From Candidatus Nanohaloarchaea archaeon (GTDB taxonomy: Archaea; Nanohalarchaeota; Nanosalinia; Nanosalinales; Nanosalinaceae): 9,004 nt of DNA. The DNA lies in contig JAWOFP010000057.1 of the NCBI GenBank assembly GCA_046497485.1, positions 1-9,004 on the forward strand, given 5' to 3'. Of this stretch, positions 1 through 6,823 are shown piece by piece. Each line of letters starts with the position of its first letter. The first letter of the stretch is position 1. A model generated the notes under the pieces. It was given only the letters and a program-made list of their open reading frames with translations, did no database searches and had not been told where the DNA came from. A program made the position numbers and the translations under genes.

Positions 1-24
1 GATACTCAGGATGGTTATTCCTTA

Positions 25-819
25 ATGGCTCAGAACCGAGAGATTATGTCATCGCATTTCAAGTTCAAGAAAAGCAAGAGCGATCTCGACACACTGGAAG
101 AAATAATTCAGTACTTTGTAACAGATAAAGACGGTTTCAGTGGGCCAGCAAGCATGGAAATGGCATTAGATATCCTTGGATACAGTGTTAAACAGGAAGA
201 GTTTGCTGAAAAGGCCTCAAAGAAAGAAGAGGAAGATTCTGAAGAAGAGGACTCAGAAGACGATTTAGAAGATGAAATAGAGATTACAGAAGAAGATCTA
301 ATGAAGACTGTTGGAGATATAACAGAAGATGAAGTCTTAACAGCTTGGATTGAATCAGAACATATATCAGATGCAGCAAACGAATTCAAGACCTGGTTCA
401 ACGATGGAGGCCTTGTTGTCCCTGCATTTGATAAATCAAAAGTTCTTCCTTCAGAAGATGGCAGCGAGTACGCAGTCGTTGTAGGAGTTGAAGGCACAGA
501 AATCCTGGTAATGGATCCAAGCAGATCTTCAGGAGGCGTATACTATATCAACAAAGATAGGCTGCTGGATGCGATGGAAGATCATGGCTACATTGTTCTT
601 GCTCCGGTAGGCACTCGTTCAGAATGGAGAGTGAAGAATGATCTTATTTACTCGGATAAGAGCTACTATGATGAGCTTTCTAAGAATCTGGAGAATAGGC
701 TGAGAAAGATTGTCAGACAGGGAAGCATCTTGAAGGATGTCATGCCTGAACAAGTTCAGAAGTATACGGAAGAATGGAAATCGGATGAAAAAGTATCCAG
801 AGTATGGAAACCAGAGTGA
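25..819 (+). CDS. Peptidase C39-like (papain-fold) protein, probably catalytically inactive, with an acidic low-complexity insert
   Basis: GFSGPASMEMALDILG matches the C39 'CGPAsLaM.l...G' motif with Cys replaced by Ser. GSEYAVVVGVEGTEILVMDPS matches 'HyvVv.G.d...v.i.DP' with His replaced by Glu. Insert KKEEEDSEEEDSEDDLEDEIE. The ATG overlaps a TAA (TAATG, 23-27), consistent with coupling to an upstream gene. Confidence 0.65.
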   Translation: MAQNREIMSSHFKFKKSKSDLDTLEEIIQYFVTDKDGFSGPASMEMALDILGYSVKQEEFAEKASKKEEEDSEEEDSEDDLEDEIEITEEDLMKTVGDITEDEVLTAWIESEHISDAANEFKTWFNDGGLVVPAFDKSKVLPSEDGSEYAVVVGVEGTEILVMDPSRSSGGVYYINKDRLLDAMEDHGYIVLAPVGTRSEWRVKNDLIYSDKSYYDELSKNLENRLRKIVRQGSILKDVMPEQVQKYTEEWKSDEKVSRVWKPE

Positions 820-829
820 GGCCTAAACC

Positions 830-1642
830 TTGAAACTCCTGAAAATATCCGACAGTGAACTTGAACAGTTCGATCCTTATTTTGATGAGACAGAGAGAGT
901 AGAGATTTCCGCTGTAGCACCAGAAGTTGTTGATGGAAACTTTGATGTAAAGATTGGGGACTCAAGTATAGGCGATTTCGATGTAGTATATGCAGAAATA
1001 CCTGTGAAAAACGCGGTCTTCGGCAGAGTCATGCTTGAAATGATTGAAGAAGCCCAGATCCCGGTAAATTACTCATCTACAGGATTCTTCCTTTCCGCTA
1101 AGAAAAATTATCAGTACTATACTCTTCACGAACAAGACATTCCAGCGCTGAAGACTGCTGTGGTTGCGACAGAAAAATCTGCTAGAAACCTTGATAAGGA
1201 ACTGAAAGGCCCTATAATTGGAAGAAGATTGGAAGACCTAAAAGAAGTAGAAAATAAGAAACTCGACACGGTAGACAGTATAAAGGCCTTTGCAGATGGT
1301 ACTGAATACAGCGATGAACTATTGATTTTCCATGAGTATCGTAAAGGAGAAAAATACAGATGCCTAGTTATAGATGGAAAAATTATACCTGTACAGGATG
1401 ACTCTGAAGACTGGAGATTTACTGAAGATAATCTAAAATACTCCAATATTTCAGATAAACAGACGGAGATAGTGAAGAAAGCCGTAAAGAGGATAGGAAC
1501 ACCTATGGCTGAAGTACTGATTAGGGGAGAACAGGTCTACGATATCAGGCCTAATCCTGATTTGGAGATGTATACTGATGTTTCAGGTAAAAACGCCTTC
1601 GAGTCAGTAGCTGATATGTTGAAGGAGGAGGCCTCTCAATGA
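830..1642 (+). CDS. Degenerate RimK/LysX-like ATP-grasp protein, probable pseudoenzyme
   Basis: TTG start preceded by GTGAGG. Collinear similarity to the next ORF and the RimK fold (DFDVVYAEI, IPVNYS, IPALKT, GPII, YRCLVIDGKII, DWR, PNPD). It lacks the Gly-rich loop and the ExN metal-binding motif. Confidence 0.7.
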   Translation: MKLLKISDSELEQFDPYFDETERVEISAVAPEVVDGNFDVKIGDSSIGDFDVVYAEIPVKNAVFGRVMLEMIEEAQIPVNYSSTGFFLSAKKNYQYYTLHEQDIPALKTAVVATEKSARNLDKELKGPIIGRRLEDLKEVENKKLDTVDSIKAFADGTEYSDELLIFHEYRKGEKYRCLVIDGKIIPVQDDSEDWRFTEDNLKYSNISDKQTEIVKKAVKRIGTPMAEVLIRGEQVYDIRPNPDLEMYTDVSGKNAFESVADMLKEEASQ

Positions 1643-2523
1643 AGTTAGCAGTGGTTTACGGTGAGATCTCCACTAGGCATCAGCAGATTATGGAGAGAGC
1701 CGAAGATATATTTGATTCTGTGCTTGCTGTACCTGTCGATGGATTAAAGTTTGTTCATGGTGAGGAAGATAAAATTCTGTACAAAGATACTGATTTAACA
1801 GACTTTGAGGCAGTCTATATCCGTATTGATGACCGTGACATGATGCTGGCTGAGCACTTAGCTGAAGTATTGAATAACAATGATGTTGTAACTCAGGCTG
1901 CAGATGACACATTCTCATATGACTCAAACAAGTTCTATAACATGAAGGTCTTGGCAGAAAACGGCGTTAAAGTCCCTGACAGCGTATACACATTGTCTCC
2001 TGATGTTGCTGTTTCCGAAGCTAAAAAACTGGGCTATCCAGTAATTATGAAGACGATCAAAGGTGCTGGCGGAGAAGGAGTAATGCGGGCCTCAAGCGAA
2101 AACGAACTGAAGCCTGTTATGGATACGATGAAGTCCTTTGAACAGGAGATCTGCCTTCAGGATTACAAGGAGCATCAGGGAAGCGATACTAGAATGGTGG
2201 TTATAGGAGACTATGTCACAGGTTACGGACGAACAAGCGGTGGAGACGACTGGAGGTCAAATATTTCATCAGGCGGAGAAAGAACAAAGTCTGAACTTTC
2301 AGAGGAGAAAATTGAGACCGCCATTAGGGCAGCCAGAGCTACAGGATTCGACATTTGTGGCTGTGACTTGATTCAGACAGAAGATGGCGAATTCTATATA
2401 CTGGAAGTTAATGCAGCTTTCGCGGTAAGCGATGAAATGAATGAAATAATAGGAGAAGATGTTACTCTAAAACTGGTTGAGAGAATGCATGAAAAAGCCC
2501 AAGAAAAAAGAAGAAAGAACTAG
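1639..2523 (+). CDS. RimK/LysX family ATP-grasp alpha-L-glutamate ligase-like protein
   Basis: Intact motifs: NKF..MKVL..NGVKVPDS, GYPVIMKTIKGAGGEGV, LQDY, DTR, DWRSNISSGG, CGCDL, YILEVN. ATGA overlap with the upstream ORF. Confidence 0.9.
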   Translation: MKLAVVYGEISTRHQQIMERAEDIFDSVLAVPVDGLKFVHGEEDKILYKDTDLTDFEAVYIRIDDRDMMLAEHLAEVLNNNDVVTQAADDTFSYDSNKFYNMKVLAENGVKVPDSVYTLSPDVAVSEAKKLGYPVIMKTIKGAGGEGVMRASSENELKPVMDTMKSFEQEICLQDYKEHQGSDTRMVVIGDYVTGYGRTSGGDDWRSNISSGGERTKSELSEEKIETAIRAARATGFDICGCDLIQTEDGEFYILEVNAAFAVSDEMNEIIGEDVTLKLVERMHEKAQEKRRKN

Positions 2524-3443
2524 ATTTCAGTTATAGCATCCACGATTTTCTTCATCCAAGGCTTCTCCCATTCTTCTTTACGGCCTTCACCATGGTAATA
2601 AACGCCAGGCTGGGAATTTAACTCGACGATCCAAGGCCTTCCATCAGAGTACATGAAATCAACTGTGTAAATACTAGGATTATACTGGTTCAAATTCTTC
2701 CCTACTTCTTCAACTATCTCAAAGATTCTATCCCCCAGTTCATCTAGTTCTACATAGATCTTGCTTCCGCCTAATGCTACATTGCTTAGGAGGCCTTCGT
2801 CAGGAACTCTGAAGTAAGATCCTATAGGTTCGCCGTTCACTACTAAAACTCTGAGGTCGTGAGGACCTTCAATTCCGTACTCAGGCAGATCATCTGACTC
2901 CATAAATCTCTGTACAAGCATATCTTCCGATATAGTTTCAGGCATTTCTTCAATTACCTTGATCCCTTCTCCTGATGAGCCATAACGCGGTTTAAGCACC
3001 ACTCTGTCGTATTTTTCTAGCATTTCCTCTACATTTTCTTTTGAGCCTTTCCGTGTCTCAGGCAGATAATCTGGGAACTTTCTGTAGGTCTCAAGCTTAT
3101 CCTGACAAAGTTCAGCCACCTCAGAATCATTCAGAATACCGACTTCTTCCTTCATCTCTTTTTTTAACTCATATTTTTCCTCATCGTGCCTGAAAAGATC
3201 ATAGACTCCATTAAGCTCAATATCTTCTAATTTCTCCCACTCTTCACCATTCCAGTGGAAGGCCTTCTCCATTTTCCCATCTTGGTAATGACGGTATTCT
3301 CCGCAAAGGACTTCCACATCTTTTTCTTCCAGCATTTCAGTATACTCAGCGTAATCCTTGTTTTTCCATTCTTTATCGCCGAAAGGCCTGTCTTTACTCC
3401 AGTCTACCTCGTCTTCCCACCAGAGAAAAGCGACCGTTTTCAT
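2520..3443 (-). CDS. ATP-grasp amide ligase (RimK/GshB/YheCD-like), paralog B
   Basis: Motifs CQDKLETY, LPET, VVLKPRYGSSGEGI, LVQRF, HDLRVLVVNG, SNVALGG, VDFM, PWIVELNSQPG. The start overlaps the stop of paralog A (ATGA). Confidence 0.88.
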   Translation of the reverse strand: MKTVAFLWWEDEVDWSKDRPFGDKEWKNKDYAEYTEMLEEKDVEVLCGEYRHYQDGKMEKAFHWNGEEWEKLEDIELNGVYDLFRHDEEKYELKKEMKEEVGILNDSEVAELCQDKLETYRKFPDYLPETRKGSKENVEEMLEKYDRVVLKPRYGSSGEGIKVIEEMPETISEDMLVQRFMESDDLPEYGIEGPHDLRVLVVNGEPIGSYFRVPDEGLLSNVALGGSKIYVELDELGDRIFEIVEEVGKNLNQYNPSIYTVDFMYSDGRPWIVELNSQPGVYYHGEGRKEEWEKPWMKKIVDAITEI

Positions 3444-4378
3444 GCAAACCGTTTCTCGAGCATATTCAAGATATTCCTGATTTTAGGCAGTTCTTTTTCC
3501 TCTTCCTTGACTTCGTGATGGTAATATGTGCCTGGCTTCGAATTTAACTCGACAATCCAAGGCCTTCCGTCTTTATCAAGCATAAAGTCTACGGAGAAAA
3601 TGGCGGGCTGAAAACGCTCAAACTCAGACTTCATGTCCTCAATAATTTCAACTATCTCTTCAAGGAGCTCATCTCTATCCACATAAACTTGGTCTCCGCC
3701 TCTTGAAATATTGCTGATTAGGCCTTCATCAGGGACTCTGACATAGTTCCCGTCCTGAATCTCGCCGTCGATAACAATTGTTCTCAAATCATGAGGGCCT
3801 TCAACACCGAGTTCTGGAATACCATCAGTCTCAATAAAGGCTTGTAAAATGAAATGCTCAGAGTTTTCCGGTTCCTCAAATTCTTCAACTGATTCAATTA
3901 TTTCTACTCCTTCCCCCGCAAATCCGTATCGCGGTTTGAAAACTACTTTACCGTACTGTTTCAGCATTTCCTCTATATTTTCTTTTGAGGCCTCTCGGGT
4001 TTCTGGTACATAATCAGGGAAGAGCTGGTAGGTCTTTAGTTTATCCTTGCAGATTTCCTCAAGTTCGGTATCATTTAGAATTCCTACTTCTTCAGAAATC
4101 TTTTGCTTTAATTTTTTGGTCTCAGGATCATATTTGAACTTGTCATAAACTCCGTCAAGCTCGATATTTTCTGATTTTTCCCATTCTTTTCCGTTCCAGT
4201 GAAAGGCTTTGTTGAGGCCTCCATTAGAGTACCACTGATAGTTGGCTATGAAAATATTCAGATTAAGATCTTTTCCCAGTTCAGTGTACTTTGCAAAGTC
4301 TTTGCTTCTTTCTCCTCCGAAAGGATCTTCCCGATCCCATTCAACTTCCTTATCCCAGAGAATCCCTATATTCTTCAT
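3440..4378 (-). CDS. ATP-grasp amide ligase (RimK/GshB/YheCD-like), paralog A
   Basis: Motifs CKDKLKTY, VPET, VVFKPRYGFAGEGV, ILQAF, HDLRTIVIDG, SNISRGG, VDFM, PWIVELNSKPG. Similar over its full length to 2520..3443. Confidence 0.88.
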   Translation of the reverse strand: MKNIGILWDKEVEWDREDPFGGERSKDFAKYTELGKDLNLNIFIANYQWYSNGGLNKAFHWNGKEWEKSENIELDGVYDKFKYDPETKKLKQKISEEVGILNDTELEEICKDKLKTYQLFPDYVPETREASKENIEEMLKQYGKVVFKPRYGFAGEGVEIIESVEEFEEPENSEHFILQAFIETDGIPELGVEGPHDLRTIVIDGEIQDGNYVRVPDEGLISNISRGGDQVYVDRDELLEEIVEIIEDMKSEFERFQPAIFSVDFMLDKDGRPWIVELNSKPGTYYHHEVKEEEKELPKIRNILNMLEKRFA

Positions 4379-4401
4379 AAAAATTATTTTGAACTCAGCA
4401 T

Positions 4402-4411
4402 TCTTAATAGA
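4402..4411. promoter_or_regulatory. Putative TATA box in the divergent intergenic region, possibly bidirectional
   Basis: TTAATA (+) / TATTAA (-) at 4404-4409 lies in the middle of a 54-bp gap, about 24-31 bp from both the ATG at 4378 (-) and the ATG at 4433 (+). That spacing fits leaderless archaeal transcripts. Confidence 0.4.
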
Positions 4412-4432
4412 TTTAGCAGCGAACTAGAAAGT

Positions 4433-5617
4433 ATGAAACCGGAAAATCCTGAAGTAAAGGAAAAAATAGCTTACCAAGAATTAGAGTTAGAGTTCTCGGA
4501 AGAAAATCTATTCGAAGAACTTTACGAAATGATAGAAGTTCTGACGGGAGAGGCTAACTGGGGTCAAAACATTAATATCAAAAACAGAGAAGAGCAGAAA
4601 AAGGCCTTTCAGGAAGCCAGAGAAAATGGAGAAAAATGGGATCCGGATTTTGAGTTCAAAGATACTGGAAAAGATTTCCGGGCTTTGAAGAATAATATTG
4701 ATCAATGCATAGAGGCCTCAAATAATATTTCAGAGGAAAATATGGGTGATGCAGGATTTGAAGTTTTAACTCCTGAAGACTTGCAAGACTTCTTCAAGGA
4801 ATCTTTCCGTGAATTAAGGCTTTATGTAGATTTAGCTGAGAATATTGAAGGCAGAGAGGCCTGGAAAGAAGTTAGTGAGAAAATCTGGCCGATGATTTCC
4901 AAAGGAGAATATCAGAATTCTTTGGAAGAAATAGAAGGCCTAGAAAATAGAGAAAGTGAGAAGGTTCTAGATGCAGAGGATGTCAAGGAAATGTTTGAAG
5001 AAGAGATTGAGAGATTAGGTTTTGGCTACAGTGTGGAGGTCAGAGAGGTTTCGGGCTGCTTTAATGCTCCTGAAGAGAGAACTGTTGTAGTTGCAAAAGG
5101 AACTGATTCAGAGAGATTTTACTCAAAAGAAGAGGCTGAAATGCTTACAAAACACGAAATTTTCCATGTAGTGAGAGGTATCAACGGTAGAAATATCTCG
5201 GATAACTTCCCTGAAGTTCTCGGAATTCATTCTCCATTTTACGATCAGACAGAGGAAGGCGGCGCACTCTACCGCGAGAGAAAGACTAACACGAATTTTG
5301 AGGCAAAAGACTTTGACTACCATCTACGGTTAATCGCTGCTTACAAAATGAGTCAAGGCGAGACCTTCCATGATGTAATCGAGGATTTACTTGAACTAGG
5401 AGGATCATTAGACAGGAGCTTCTACTTAGTTGCGAGAAATAGAGAGGCCTTAAGACATCATATATACCTCTCTGGTATCAAGGACTGGAATGAAAATAAC
5501 ACTGAAAAACTGTTGATTGGAAAACTGAATTCTGAATGGGCGGGAAAATTCTGGGAAGAAGTAGAAAACGGCAGCTTTAACAGGCCTGAAATAGATTCGG
5601 AGGCGCTTTTCCAATGA
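4433..5617 (+). CDS. DUF1704 / MATCAP(TMCP)-like gluzincin metallo-carboxypeptidase, 394 aa
   Basis: LTKHEIFHVVRGING...LG...P....TEEGGALYRE resembles the DUF1704 'HEigtH....NG......(Q/E)EGLA' signature, with IYLSG near the C-terminus. Start moved from 4199 to the in-frame ATG at 4433 to avoid a 180-bp antisense overlap. Confidence 0.75.
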   Translation: MKPENPEVKEKIAYQELELEFSEENLFEELYEMIEVLTGEANWGQNINIKNREEQKKAFQEARENGEKWDPDFEFKDTGKDFRALKNNIDQCIEASNNISEENMGDAGFEVLTPEDLQDFFKESFRELRLYVDLAENIEGREAWKEVSEKIWPMISKGEYQNSLEEIEGLENRESEKVLDAEDVKEMFEEEIERLGFGYSVEVREVSGCFNAPEERTVVVAKGTDSERFYSKEEAEMLTKHEIFHVVRGINGRNISDNFPEVLGIHSPFYDQTEEGGALYRERKTNTNFEAKDFDYHLRLIAAYKMSQGETFHDVIEDLLELGGSLDRSFYLVARNREALRHHIYLSGIKDWNENNTEKLLIGKLNSEWAGKFWEEVENGSFNRPEIDSEALFQ

Positions 5618-5988
5618 GAGATGTGCTTCTTGACACTAACTTTCTGACCGCGCCTTTCCAGATGAATGTCTCTATATTTGAGGAGATAGATGAAAAGTAT
5701 CCGGGAAACAGAGTCTTCACATTGGACCGCGTAATTGAAGAAGCAAAAAGTATTGAAGACGGAAAATATGGAGGCCTGATCGAAAAACTAGTTGAGTCTG
5801 AAGATGTTCAAGTCTTGGAAACAAAGGGTAATGGGTTTGTGGATGACTTGTTAGTTGATTTATCTGATGAATTCTTGATCGCGACAAATGATAGAGAGCT
5901 CAAGAACAGGATTTTGGACAAGGGCAGGCCTGTTATGTATATCAGATCGGAGAGCCATATTGTGGTAGAGAATGAGGATTTGATGTGA
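5614..5988 (+). CDS. PIN-domain protein (Fcf1/Utp24-like) of the rpoE gene cluster
   Basis: VLLDTNFL...E...VDD...IATNDRELK acidic tetrad. Conserved position upstream of rpoE1. ATGA overlap with the upstream gene. Confidence 0.9.
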   Translation: MRDVLLDTNFLTAPFQMNVSIFEEIDEKYPGNRVFTLDRVIEEAKSIEDGKYGGLIEKLVESEDVQVLETKGNGFVDDLLVDLSDEFLIATNDRELKNRILDKGRPVMYIRSESHIVVENEDLM

Positions 5989-5996
5989 CGGAGTCA

Positions 5997-6038
5997 TTTA
6001 AAACTTTCTTCCGATTGGTTATTTAGTTCCGCAGAGGT
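5997..6038 (+). promoter_or_regulatory. Putative TATA box (TTTAAAA, 5997-6003) and Shine-Dalgarno (GAGGT, 6034-6038) for rpoE1
   Basis: Motif matches in the 61-bp gap before the ATG at 6050. Confidence 0.45.
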
Positions 6039-6049
6039 AGAGGCATTAT

Positions 6050-6616
6050 ATGTACAAAAGACTGACAATCGAGGATTCCGTGCGAGTCCCTCCACAGCAT
6101 TTGGGAGACAATGTAGAAGAAAGCGTTGAAAACGGGCTTAAAGAAGAGAAAGAAGGAGTTATCCACCCGGAGATAGGAGTAGTAATGGCGATTGAGTCCG
6201 TCGAAGAGATTGAAGGCGGCGATATTGAACCAGAAGACGCTGGAATTCATTACAATGCAACTTACAAGGCATTAGTTTTTGAGCCTGAGATGCATGAAGT
6301 ACTGAATGGAGAGGTAGTAGATCTTACGGAGTTCGGAGCATTTGTCAGGATTGGGCCGTTTGATGGCCTATGCCACATCTCACAGGTTACAGATGACTAC
6401 ATGAACCTAGATGAAGAGAACATGATGCTTACAAGCGATGAACAGGAGAAAAGCCTAGGAATGAACGATACAGTTACAGCAAGGATAATCGCAGTAAGTC
6501 TAGGCAACCAAGAATCAAATAAGATTAACTTGACGATGAGACAGCCAGGCCTCGGAAAAGAGGAATGGATCGAGCAGTACGAAGAAGAACAGGAAGAAGA
6601 CGAGGAGGAAGAATAA
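6050..6616 (+). CDS. rpoE1: DNA-directed RNA polymerase subunit E' (Rpo7)
   Basis: MYKRLTIEDSVRVPP; S1 domain GEVVDLTEFGAFVRIGPFDGLCHISQVTDD; LTMRQPGLGKEEW. Confidence 0.97.
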   Translation: MYKRLTIEDSVRVPPQHLGDNVEESVENGLKEEKEGVIHPEIGVVMAIESVEEIEGGDIEPEDAGIHYNATYKALVFEPEMHEVLNGEVVDLTEFGAFVRIGPFDGLCHISQVTDDYMNLDEENMMLTSDEQEKSLGMNDTVTARIIAVSLGNQESNKINLTMRQPGLGKEEWIEQYEEEQEEDEEEE

Positions 6617-6619
6617 AAT

Positions 6620-6805
6620 ATGGCGGAGAAGGCCTGTACTGACTGTAATAGAATAGTAGAAGATTCGGATGAATGTCCGGTATGCAAGAATAATGTGCTA
6701 TCAAACTCGTGGAGCGGCCTAGTGGTCGTCTATGATTCAGATAGCGAGATTGCTGAAGAAGTAGGAGTTCAAACCCCTGGAAGATACGCAATCAGAGTCA
6801 AATAA
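6620..6805 (+). CDS. spt4: Transcription elongation factor Spt4 (RpoE'')
   Basis: KACxxC...CPVC zinc ribbon, WSGLVVV.D..SEIA, PGRYAIRV. Directly after rpoE1. Confidence 0.96.
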   Translation: MAEKACTDCNRIVEDSDECPVCKNNVLSNSWSGLVVVYDSDSEIAEEVGVQTPGRYAIRVK

Positions 6806-6823
6806 AAGAGGTAAAGATAATTT

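Noticed and set aside
2..25. Possible 3' end of an upstream gene (ILRMVIP*) overlapping the first ATG
   Set aside because: Only 7 codons are visible, too few to support a feature call.
222..297. GAAGA-rich quasi-repeat, also at 6580-6613 and 7040-7120
   Set aside because: It is explained by Glu/Asp-rich coding tracts and has no regular DNA repeat unit.
108..497. Ser-rich antisense ORF, and similar ones at 756-965, 1126-1446, 1688-1927, 3255-3518, 4242-4427, 4508-4705, 5123-5323, 6023-6966, 7533-7763, 8070-8624
   Set aside because: These are shadow ORFs opposite well-supported genes. Their Ser/Phe richness is the reverse complement of GAA/GAT-rich codons.
1639..2523. Specific assignment as lysX, argX, cofF, mptN or rimK
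   Set aside because: The motifs support only family-level assignment, and no LysW or cofactor-pathway neighbours are present.
25..4378. Graspetide/microviridin-type RiPP cluster (ATP-grasp plus C39)
   Set aside because: No precursor peptide with leader and repeated core motifs and no transporter are visible, and the C39 domain lacks catalytic residues. A precursor upstream of the window cannot be excluded.
4199..4432. 78-aa N-terminal extension of the peptidase ORF in the supplied track
   Set aside because: It overlaps the minus-strand ATP-grasp gene by 180 bp and is Phe/Ile-rich and non-acidic, unlike the proteome. The ATG at 4433 fits better.
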